A stretch of DNA of 58,116 nt from Candidatus Micrarchaeia archaeon (GTDB lineage: Archaea > Micrarchaeota > Micrarchaeia > CAILAH01), in NCBI GenBank assembly GCA_049970015.1, contig JBMFNT010000002.1:1-58116 (forward strand), read 5' to 3'. Under the pieces are notes generated by a model. The model was given only the letters and a program-made list of their open reading frames with translations, ran no database searches and had not been told where the DNA came from. How positions within the stretch are numbered: the first letter of the stretch is position 1; every line of letters starts with the position of its first letter. A program made the position numbers and the translations under genes. This document shows positions 19,670-28,353 of this stretch, piece by piece.

Positions 19670-21535
19670 GTACTTCAGTTTAGAGTATAGTTCTGGAGGC
19701 TTAGCTTTTTTTCCTGCGAAGTAATCAGCGAAGTAATCAGACAACTTTTCCAGGAACTCATACTGTTCCTCATAATATGTCGTTTTGGAGTATTCTCTAT
19801 ATTTTTCTGGATCAATATCTATTTTCTTTAGCTTTTCTTCAGCGATTTTAGTTATTGATTTCCTATCATCCTTATTAATAGCACTAAGTATCATATCATT
19901 AGTTAAGGGATCAATATGATATGGAAAAGCACCAAGTTTAAAGGCAAGAATAATATCATCTATCACCCATTCCGGTCTTTCATTTTTCAACCAATCCTTC
20001 TTTTCCCTATTTATTTTCAGAAAAGCCTTAGAGATAGCTGTCAGGTCTTGTATAGTTTTCTGCTTAGTTTCTCCCCAAATGCCTCTACAAATAGCTCCAG
20101 CACGTATCACATTATAAATTATTATAGCATGCTCTTTATATCCCTTATCAACCAATAATTCAAGTGCGCGCGCGTACTGCTGATAAAATTTAGATATTTT
20201 CATGCTATTAGCCATCCTTTTATTTGAGATTTCTTTAACTGACTCAGCAATCATCTTTGCATATTTAACTGCTTCATCCAAATCCGTATATACTCCCTCT
20301 TCATTGTATGTGCTCTCAAATAATTTGGTAGCAATGTGCATTCTCACAATGGGATCTAGATTATTTAGGTTAAGGCTTTTGCTTTTTTTTACAAATTCTA
20401 TATACTTTTTATCATACTCTATAACATATTTCTGATATGCTGGCGGCAAATTTTCGAATTCTTCTATTTTTAATTCCTGTCCATCAAATAACTTCTGTTG
20501 CGCTTTGCATGCCTTTACAGCATCATCAAATCCCATATTACTTCCCAAATAGTATGTTAAATTTTGCTTCTTAGCAATTGTTGGACTTTCTACTTCAGCA
20601 TGGCCCTTTCCTTCTTTGTCTATTTTTGTTGTATCATACAAGTAACTCTTCTTACCAATTTTAACAATTGCTACAGCATGGGATATTTCCATAGAATCTA
20701 TTGCAGCAACTTCTGTTATTGATACACTCCCTCTGGTTCCAGTGTCCTTTAGTATTGAGGCAGCCAATGCTGCGGCAGCAACACTCCCAGAAAAACAGTT
20801 TATTGAACGTTTCTCAGCTATTGATTCTACATCTGCCTGTGAAGAAAATGCATCGTAGCTCAACCCAAAACTGTTTTCGGCACTGTTTTTGGCATCTTTT
20901 TCCTTTTCTTCCTTTTTCTTGATCCTCCATTCCTCCATGACAGCATCTATGATCTTGCGTACATATTCCTCTTTTTCCTTTTCTGATTTACTATTAGCAC
21001 TATTGATTGCCTTTTCTAAAGTGGTCTCTTCCCCATTGATATTTATGGTCATTTTATTTATGTTAAACTGCTTTCTGAGTTCATAACCGATTTCAACAGC
21101 ACTCTCGCTAAGCGCAAATTCCGGTTTTTTCATAGCAGGACCCACAGCATTTTTTAAATATTCAGATGCTTTGGCATATCCATTATATTTTGCAATTTTC
21201 TCACATTCCTTTATTGTTTCCTCATCAATTACTTTTCCCTTTTGTTTGTAAAACTCAGTTTCGATCTTGATTGCGCGCACAGGATCCTTATCTATAAGGA
21301 CACTAAACATCTCCTCTTTTACTTTCTTCATAATATAATCAATACTCTTGTTTTTTTCGATCATTTTGAACGCCTTATCCCTTATTCTCTTATATTCTGG
21401 GGTTTCATATTCAATACCATATTTAGGAGCCTTTTGCATAATTAGAAATTCCACACCCAGTTTTTTTACAGGCTCCATCTCTTTTTTTACAAGTTCACTC
21501 TCTCCAGTTCCCATACAGTTATATATAGATTGCAA
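19658..21535 (-). CDS. Large hypothetical protein (low-GC gene); possible papain/transglutaminase-like Cys-His-Asp core
   Basis: 625-aa Lys/Glu-rich ORF. The segment NCFSGSVAAAALA...ISHAVAIVKIGKKSYLYDTT resembles a Cys...His...Asp thiol-peptidase arrangement, which is a weak inference. Confidence 0.5.
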   Translation of the reverse strand: MQSIYNCMGTGESELVKKEMEPVKKLGVEFLIMQKAPKYGIEYETPEYKRIRDKAFKMIEKNKSIDYIMKKVKEEMFSVLIDKDPVRAIKIETEFYKQKGKVIDEETIKECEKIAKYNGYAKASEYLKNAVGPAMKKPEFALSESAVEIGYELRKQFNINKMTININGEETTLEKAINSANSKSEKEKEEYVRKIIDAVMEEWRIKKKEEKEKDAKNSAENSFGLSYDAFSSQADVESIAEKRSINCFSGSVAAAALAASILKDTGTRGSVSITEVAAIDSMEISHAVAIVKIGKKSYLYDTTKIDKEGKGHAEVESPTIAKKQNLTYYLGSNMGFDDAVKACKAQQKLFDGQELKIEEFENLPPAYQKYVIEYDKKYIEFVKKSKSLNLNNLDPIVRMHIATKLFESTYNEEGVYTDLDEAVKYAKMIAESVKEISNKRMANSMKISKFYQQYARALELLVDKGYKEHAIIIYNVIRAGAICRGIWGETKQKTIQDLTAISKAFLKINREKKDWLKNERPEWVIDDIILAFKLGAFPYHIDPLTNDMILSAINKDDRKSITKIAEEKLKKIDIDPEKYREYSKTTYYEEQYEFLEKLSDYFADYFAGKKAKPPELYSKLKYSGN

Positions 21536-21552
21536 TAATAATAATAAAAGTT

Positions 21553-22014
21553 ATGCTTAGTGAGAGGGCGTATGCAAAACAAGTGCTTACATATGTAAAT
21601 AGCAGAAATTATGCAGATGCGCTGAGATTAGCATTAGAAATGGCCAAGAACTATCCATCCTCTTTTCTTTCTGCCTTTATTCTATCCAAGGCATACTTCT
21701 GGAATGATATGTACGATGATGCGGAATCGCACGCAACCAAAGCAGTTTCCTATGCTAAGAACGAAAATGATAGAAATCGGGCACGCTTTTTTCTCTCGTT
21801 AGTGTACATTCAGAAAGATGATCTCAGGAAGGCATATGAAATTCTAGATCAGATCCCAAAATCAAGCCTTGACCCTTATTACTGGGAACTGAAGGTAATT
21901 CTCGATCTTGCACTGGACAGGGGTAGTGAAGATGATTTCAAAAGACTTTACTTGTTGAATCGCGAGATGGCAGAAAAGCTTCTCATCGAGATCATGGTTA
22001 GATATAAAGTTTAG
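21553..22014 (+). CDS. TPR-repeat protein
   Basis: Repeated 34-aa helical pattern (ALRLALEMAK..., AYFWNDMYDDAESHATKAV...). The last 6 codons lie inside the left direct repeat. Confidence 0.6.
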   Translation: MLSERAYAKQVLTYVNSRNYADALRLALEMAKNYPSSFLSAFILSKAYFWNDMYDDAESHATKAVSYAKNENDRNRARFFLSLVYIQKDDLRKAYEILDQIPKSSLDPYYWELKVILDLALDRGSEDDFKRLYLLNREMAEKLLIEIMVRYKV

Positions 22015-22057
22015 TTGCATATTAATTGTATGCACTGCTTTTTGAGAATGGCAAGAT
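21993..22057 (+). repeat. Left direct repeat flanking the PMK-MVD cassette (decayed copy of the rfcL promoter and 5' end)
   Basis: 21993-22036 is identical to 24654-24697, and 22032-22057 is identical to 24775-24800. The left copy therefore equals the right copy with an 82-nt deletion between two gcact microhomologies. Confidence 0.9.
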
Positions 22058-22160
22058 GTAACTGCATTTACAAGTACTATTACAATCACCACATTCGACC
22101 GCACTGTTTGTTGAGATGTTATAAGGCTGCAACTTTTGGGAAAAAACTATTGCATTCCTG

Positions 22161-23447
22161 TTATTGAATCGAAATCAGATTGATCATTTTTTTGAATGTT
22201 TTTTTATTCTCTTTTCTAACACCTTCGTTGCTTATACTTAAATTTAATGGATTAATCTTTTTCTTCTGATAACTTCTCCAAAAATCCTCAACTTTCTTTT
22301 TTGACCTTTTACTTAGGCAAATCGCAGCGATTGCATCTCCTCCTCCTGCCCCAGGAAGCTTTGCTACGAATGCTCCATTCTTCTTTGTATCTTCAATTAA
22401 TTCCGAATATTCGCTTGGTTCGATTGGCGCTCCGCTAAGTTCACCAAGTTTCTTTGTCAATAACCTTCCCTTGTCAAACGCTTCTCTGAAATCGTTGAAT
22501 ACTTTAAGGTCATTCTTTAATCCTTCAGTTAATCTGGATTTCCTTTTCTTTGAAGCTACCTTTAGTACAAGCCCATATTTTTCAGGATTTTGTTTTGAAA
22601 GCTTGTTTATCTCGGAAAGCGCTGCTATTGCCAGCTGATTTGCTCCATTTAGTTCTATCATTAGTTGCTTGTACTGTTCTGGTTGAGCTTCTTTGAAAGC
22701 ATTAACCTGTTTCACCATCGCAGAAGTTGACGCTGACTCTCCAATAAAATTACCAATCACCGGAACAAATTTAGGTGGAAGTTCAAGTTGTTGAACTAAA
22801 TAATCCCACTTTTTATCAATGACAGAGACAACTTGTTCGATTGTTGGGTCATCAGACACGTCATTGATTATCGAAGGACTGTATCTTACGTAAGAGTGGC
22901 CGCCATATGTACTTGCAGCAACATCAAATCCACTACCTACCTTACCTTGCGCCTTTGAATGAGCAAACTGCGCAATTTTATGAATCAGTTCTCTGCTTTT
23001 GTCAATCTTGAAACCATATGCTTGAAGGATTGCTCCAACCGTTGCAGTTGTCACTGCTGCAGAGCTTCCGAGTCCTGCTTTTGATCCTTCAACCGAAAAT
23101 GCTGGATCACTAATTGTTGTAAGTTTGAAACCTATAATTCTTTTTCCTTTTCCCTTCAAATATTTTATGCATGTTTCAGTAGCTATCTTCACAAATTTGA
23201 TGACGCTTGCTTCTTGCTCACTGAGTTGCTTGTCAAAAACAATCTTTTCATTATCAATTCTTCCTTCAAGCTTCAATCTGAATTGAGGAAGATCAAATAC
23301 AATTTTGTTTTCTTTTGATGTTTCAACTCTTGCATAAACTCTTTTGTTAACACCTGTGACAAAACTCACATTTGGTCTCTCTAGGACCGAATACCCGCCT
23401 ATCCAAAGAATCTTCCCTGGTGCGGATGCAATTGAAATTTTCATCAT
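22161..23447 (-). CDS. Phosphomevalonate kinase (ERG8-type GHMP kinase)
   Basis: SAPGKILWIGGYSVLE N-terminus, GLGSSAAV, and KLPGAGGGDAI. Confidence 0.8.
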   Translation of the reverse strand: MMKISIASAPGKILWIGGYSVLERPNVSFVTGVNKRVYARVETSKENKIVFDLPQFRLKLEGRIDNEKIVFDKQLSEQEASVIKFVKIATETCIKYLKGKGKRIIGFKLTTISDPAFSVEGSKAGLGSSAAVTTATVGAILQAYGFKIDKSRELIHKIAQFAHSKAQGKVGSGFDVAASTYGGHSYVRYSPSIINDVSDDPTIEQVVSVIDKKWDYLVQQLELPPKFVPVIGNFIGESASTSAMVKQVNAFKEAQPEQYKQLMIELNGANQLAIAALSEINKLSKQNPEKYGLVLKVASKKRKSRLTEGLKNDLKVFNDFREAFDKGRLLTKKLGELSGAPIEPSEYSELIEDTKKNGAFVAKLPGAGGGDAIAAICLSKRSKKKVEDFWRSYQKKKINPLNLSISNEGVRKENKKTFKKMINLISIQ

Positions 23448-23525
23448 ATCACTTTTTCAAATCTAAACTCATATTAGAGTTCCACTCAAATCAAAAAGCA
23501 CTGCTTTTATATTCATATAATCACA

Positions 23526-24656
23526 TTATTCCACAATCAGTTTTCCAGAAGTTTCATCAAAGAAATGCTTTTTTACGTTTCCATTCTCATCGATAAGATG
23601 ATCCCTTTCAGCTGTGAGTATTTTTGGACCGTTTCCGATTTTACAAACCATTATCTTTTGAACTCCTTCAATTTCTTCAAGGATTTTCTTGATTTCAGGA
23701 ACATATTTTTCAATTGTAAATATGTGTGCGTTTGGACCTGCATCAAATGTGTACCCAGCCTTTATTTCTCCAGCCGAAGTATTGTAATCATGTATTGCAT
23801 AAATTATTTCTTTTGAAACATCGTTAAGGTACATAATTGGTGGCCATGTATCAAGCATTGTTGCATGCATATTATTGCTATCCCTCATAACCATTTCAAG
23901 AAGCTTTGGAAGATCCTTGTTTAATATTGCTGCTTTTACATTTTCAATTAATTTTGGTAGATAATTTAGTCTTGCGGGGTATAATAGACTTGTTGCAACT
24001 GTTTGTTTCATTCCAGCTCTTGAACTAACTTTTTTCTTACCAGATTCAACAATAGCAATAACATTCCTAAATTCTGGCCAGTGCGATGATTGTGCTATTT
24101 GAACAGCATAACTATCACTTCCATCTGCCTTACACCCTTTTTTCCATTCTACAAAACCTCCCAGAACTGATCTGCAGGCAGAACCAGATCCCAATCTTGA
24201 AAGAATTGAAAGTTCCTTACTATCAACTTTCAGATCAAGTGCGGCTACTGCCGCAACTGCAAGTGCGGCAAGGCCGGCTGCTGAAGATGCAAAACCGGCT
24301 GCTGTTGGGAAACAATTGAGAGATACAATTTTTGCCTTAAGGTTCGTTCCAGCTTTTTTTCGGACCACATCCAGTTGCTGAAGTCGCTCTTCTGTGTCTT
24401 TTCCTTCCATCTTCTTCCCATTAAGAATAAGTTCATCTTTTAAGAACTTATCTGAGAACATGACTGTCGTCCTTGTTTTCAGCTGTTCATCCATCGTTGC
24501 AGAAATACTTCCTTCTTTTGGAAGAATCAGTTTCTCATCTCTTTTCCCCCAATATTTTACAAGTGCAATATTTGCAGTTGCTTCTGCAGTTGCTCTATAC
24601 ATAGTTTCACCTATTCTTCCAGTTACCGCAGTACGGCTTTTAAATCTGTTTGCCAT
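23526..24656 (-). CDS. mvaD: Diphosphomevalonate decarboxylase (GHMP family)
   Basis: NIALVKYWGKRD, GFASSAAG, and FDAGPNAH. Confidence 0.85.
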   Translation of the reverse strand: MANRFKSRTAVTGRIGETMYRATAEATANIALVKYWGKRDEKLILPKEGSISATMDEQLKTRTTVMFSDKFLKDELILNGKKMEGKDTEERLQQLDVVRKKAGTNLKAKIVSLNCFPTAAGFASSAAGLAALAVAAVAALDLKVDSKELSILSRLGSGSACRSVLGGFVEWKKGCKADGSDSYAVQIAQSSHWPEFRNVIAIVESGKKKVSSRAGMKQTVATSLLYPARLNYLPKLIENVKAAILNKDLPKLLEMVMRDSNNMHATMLDTWPPIMYLNDVSKEIIYAIHDYNTSAGEIKAGYTFDAGPNAHIFTIEKYVPEIKKILEEIEGVQKIMVCKIGNGPKILTAERDHLIDENGNVKKHFFDETSGKLIVE

Positions 24657-24800
24657 GGTTAGATATAAAGTTTAGTTGCATATTAATTGTATGCACTTGT
24701 ACCAGAAATATGCCCCAAAGAGCTTGAAAGAATTTGCCGGAAACCCAGAAGCAGTTGAAAAAGTTAAGAAATGGGCACTGCTTTTTGAGAATGGCAAGAT
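24654..24800 (+). repeat. Right (intact) direct repeat: MVD start codon, the divergent promoter region and the first 110 nt of rfcL
   Basis: See the left repeat at 21993-22057. Confidence 0.9.
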
Positions 24801-25848
24801 ACAGAAACCTATATTCTTATATGGCCCGCCTGGTATTGGGAAGACTGCACTTGCGTATGCGGTTGCTCACGAGATGGGATGGGAACTCATAGAGTTTAAT
24901 GCCTCTGACACGCGAAACAAAAATAATGTTGAAAGGATAATTGGAGCAGCAAGCGGCTCAGCAGGATTATTCTCGAGGAGAAAACTTATACTGATTGATG
25001 AGGTTGATGGACTAGAGGGCACTGCTGATAGGGGAGGCATTTCAGCAATTGTCTCAATGATTAGGAGCTCTAGCCAGCCGATTATACTTACTGCGAATGA
25101 TGCATGGGATAGAAAGCTTACACCTTTACGCGGAGGCTGCGATTTTGTTGAGATGAAGAGGATTAACAAGAGGACGGTATTATTGACAATACGAGAGATT
25201 GCACATAAGGAAGGTATAAAGCTGAGCGATGAAGTGCTTGAGCGCATTGCAGATGCCAGCAACGGGGATCTGCGCTCTGCAATAATAGACCTTCAGGTAG
25301 GTCAATCTATCATGGAGAGGAACAGGGAAAGGCTGGTGTTTGAGTGCATGAAGGATTTATTCAAGGCAGAAGATTACCAGAATGCAGTTTCCTCATTTGA
25401 AGATTCATCTCTTGATCATGATATGATAAAGCTTTGGATAGAACATAATATAGCAAATGAGTATGAATCTGCTGAGGAGGTTGCACGCGCATACGATTAC
25501 TTGTCACGTGCAGATGTTTTTGATGGGAGGATAATCAGAAGACAGGCATGGAAGCTTCTCAAGTATAGCAATGCCATAATGCTTGCAGGGGTTTCATTAT
25601 CAAAAGAAAAAAAATACCATAAATTTGTAAAGTACGAATTCCCGAGTTACTTAAAAAGTATGAGTATGAGCTCTGAGAAGAGGCAGTTAAGAAAATCTAT
25701 TGTAAGAAAGGTTTTGCGCAAATGCCATACGTCAGCTTCCGATGCTGAAAGCTACCTCCCACTGCTCAGGGAGATGGCAAAGAAAGGAATGCCTCTTGAT
25801 TATTTTGAATTTGATGATGATGAGATTGCTTTTATCAAAAAGACATAG
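24691..25848 (+). CDS. rfcL: Replication factor C large subunit
   Basis: YAPKSLKEF, LYGPPGIGKTA, and LILIDEVDG. The ATG at 24691 is preferred over the TTG at 24676. Confidence 0.88.
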   Translation: MHLYQKYAPKSLKEFAGNPEAVEKVKKWALLFENGKIQKPIFLYGPPGIGKTALAYAVAHEMGWELIEFNASDTRNKNNVERIIGAASGSAGLFSRRKLILIDEVDGLEGTADRGGISAIVSMIRSSSQPIILTANDAWDRKLTPLRGGCDFVEMKRINKRTVLLTIREIAHKEGIKLSDEVLERIADASNGDLRSAIIDLQVGQSIMERNRERLVFECMKDLFKAEDYQNAVSSFEDSSLDHDMIKLWIEHNIANEYESAEEVARAYDYLSRADVFDGRIIRRQAWKLLKYSNAIMLAGVSLSKEKKYHKFVKYEFPSYLKSMSMSSEKRQLRKSIVRKVLRKCHTSASDAESYLPLLREMAKKGMPLDYFEFDDDEIAFIKKT

Positions 25849-25883
25849 ATAACTTTTATAATAAAATACGAGTAATCTCTTAT

Positions 25884-26282
25884 GTGAGAAGTGTTGCGGC
25901 AGATGCATTTGTAGTACGTGAGAACAAATTACTTTTGATAATACGCAAAAATGATCCGTTCAAGGGCATGTTTGCACTCCCGGGAGGGTACCTTGAAGAT
26001 GATGAGACTTTGGAGGAGTGTGTTGTAAGGGAAACTTATGAAGAGACTGGGCTAAATGTCAGGCCAAAGAAAATAATAGGTGTATATTCAGACCCTAGGA
26101 GGGACCCACGCAAGATTGTGAGTGTAGCATACTTGTGTGAGTATATTGGTGGGATGGCACATCCAGCCACGGATTCAGTAGAAGTATTGTGGTATGACAT
26201 TGATAAGGTAGATAATCTACAGCTTGCGGCAGACCATAATATTATTGTTAGGGATGGGGTGCTATTACTGAAGAAATTGTAG
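25884..26282 (+). CDS. NUDIX hydrolase
   Basis: Nudix box GGYLEDDETLEECVVRETYEETGL. GTG start. Confidence 0.85.
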   Translation: MRSVAADAFVVRENKLLLIIRKNDPFKGMFALPGGYLEDDETLEECVVRETYEETGLNVRPKKIIGVYSDPRRDPRKIVSVAYLCEYIGGMAHPATDSVEVLWYDIDKVDNLQLAADHNIIVRDGVLLLKKL

Positions 26283-26290
26283 GTGTTAGT

Positions 26291-28342
26291 ATGAATATTT
26301 TTAAGGTATTTTTCATGGCGTTTCTCCTATTTTCTTTGGTTTTTCCATACATCCCACAAAATGTTCTGCCAACGCAGATCTCTTGCATCAATACATCTTT
26401 CTCAAGGGAAGGTACATTAACAGTTTCTGCTGGTGAGATGCATAACATAATAGTTGAGTTGCTTGTACCACAACATTCAAAGAACCAGGAAGTATCACTT
26501 AACATTACTGATGCTGAAGAATTCTCTGACTCAGATGGGAACAGATGGGTACGTATCATGCATCCAGGTTATGAGAAAGTGTTCAATTTCAATATTGCAG
26601 GGAATGTATCCACTTGTGCAAACAAGGTGTATTATATTAATGAGACATATTCATTTGGCAGTGAGATGAATAAGTATCTTTCTGAAACAAAGCACATAAT
26701 CATTAATGATGCTATAAGACAGGAGGCAAGAAATATAACTTCCAGTCATAAAACTGACATTGATAGGATCGCCGCACTTGCCATATGGGTAAACGATTAT
26801 GTCAAGTATACTATACAAGATGTTGGAAAAAACAGGGATTCAGTATCTGTGTACAATGACCCACATGGCGTATGCACAGAATATACAAACTTATTCATTG
26901 CGTTATCCCGTTCGCTTGGGTACCCAACACGTGCAGTCATGGGGTACGCTTACTCCCCAGATTATGGATGGCAGCTACATTCCTGGGCAGAGGTATACTT
27001 AGGTGAATGGATAGGGGTTGACCCCACATGGCTTGAGGTTGGGTATATAGATGCAACGCATATCCCAATATATTTTAGTGAAGATACAGAGGTTGTAGAG
27101 CCTGCAAACACACAGGTCACTGACAAAGATGGAGTGCTGCAGTGGAAAAGCAAAGAAGAGTTTGGAGGGACATCTTCTGACATAACTGTTTTTGGCTATT
27201 CCTTGGACATACCGGAGTATAGCATTTTGCTTGCACCGGAAGATGTTGGGATTGGAGATGAAGGTGCAATTGTATTGAATCTGGACAGCGAAGATTACAG
27301 AATCATGAACATTATGGTGGCACCATGCCTCTCTGAAGGATTGCCAATGATGAAGGTCAAGCGCGAAAAGTTTGCAGTGCTTCTTCATCCTGGAAGAAAC
27401 AATATAATAATCCCCTATGAGGTCTCCCCATATCTTGACCCAAGGTACTCTTATGTTTGTCCTGTCTCGATAGCGCATAGTTTCGGGAGTGATGTCGTGC
27501 ACATAGCAGTAAACAGCAAGGCTGGGAAGTATACAAAGGTGTTTAATGCATTTGTTGCAAGGCATGGGGACAGGAACGCTACGGTACGTGTAGATTCATT
27601 TTATAGTGCTGACATAACATTTGTTGATGATAAGGGCACGTCTACTGCATATGTTCCAGCAGGTAAAGAGGTATTTTTTGACACATCTTTTGATGGGATC
27701 AGCAAGTATGTTGTAATTTACACAGATGGTTATGCACAATCCATCTTGCTTGAGCAGTCTTCAACTAATGATCAGCATTCTTACATATTAAGGGATTTTC
27801 ACATAACAAGCGCAGTACCTACAGATAGGAATGTAACCTTAGATATCTCTTTTGATGTAAACAGTGATGATCCTTACTTCTTTAAGTTGTATGTTGATGA
27901 TAAGCTTTTGTATTCTGAGAAATCAAATGACAAAATATACTCGCTAAATTATAGCTTTGACCCTGGCAGTGTTGGCAAACATAAGGTTCTTGCAATATTG
28001 GACACTGGATTTGATGAATATAAAGAAGAGGTTTACTATTCAGTTTTTAAACCAGAAATAACAATCGATAAATATGAAAACGAAACTTCATATGTTTTTG
28101 ACGTCAATGGACCGTATGCATCATACGAGTTTTATGTTGATGGAGAAAGGGTGGACCCTCATGTACAGAGAAATTTCACGGCCGGGTTTCACGAGATAAC
28201 TGTCAAATGGGTTGATCTTGCAGGGTATGAGCGAGTTCATACTGAGCGCTTTTATTCCGGAGAAGTAGGAAACAAAACGGTGTGCGCAGCCGTTCCAATT
28301 CTTATCATGTTAATATTAATTTTGTTTATATATAAGAGATGA
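26291..28342 (+). CDS. Anchored extracellular transglutaminase-like (cysteine protease fold) protein
   Basis: Signal peptide, then GVCTEYTNLFIALSRSLGYPTR...HSWAEVY...DPT (Cys-His-Asp), and a C-terminal TM segment. Confidence 0.8.
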   Translation: MNIFKVFFMAFLLFSLVFPYIPQNVLPTQISCINTSFSREGTLTVSAGEMHNIIVELLVPQHSKNQEVSLNITDAEEFSDSDGNRWVRIMHPGYEKVFNFNIAGNVSTCANKVYYINETYSFGSEMNKYLSETKHIIINDAIRQEARNITSSHKTDIDRIAALAIWVNDYVKYTIQDVGKNRDSVSVYNDPHGVCTEYTNLFIALSRSLGYPTRAVMGYAYSPDYGWQLHSWAEVYLGEWIGVDPTWLEVGYIDATHIPIYFSEDTEVVEPANTQVTDKDGVLQWKSKEEFGGTSSDITVFGYSLDIPEYSILLAPEDVGIGDEGAIVLNLDSEDYRIMNIMVAPCLSEGLPMMKVKREKFAVLLHPGRNNIIIPYEVSPYLDPRYSYVCPVSIAHSFGSDVVHIAVNSKAGKYTKVFNAFVARHGDRNATVRVDSFYSADITFVDDKGTSTAYVPAGKEVFFDTSFDGISKYVVIYTDGYAQSILLEQSSTNDQHSYILRDFHITSAVPTDRNVTLDISFDVNSDDPYFFKLYVDDKLLYSEKSNDKIYSLNYSFDPGSVGKHKVLAILDTGFDEYKEEVYYSVFKPEITIDKYENETSYVFDVNGPYASYEFYVDGERVDPHVQRNFTAGFHEITVKWVDLAGYERVHTERFYSGEVGNKTVCAAVPILIMLILILFIYKR

Positions 28343-28353
28343 GGTGTTGTTTC

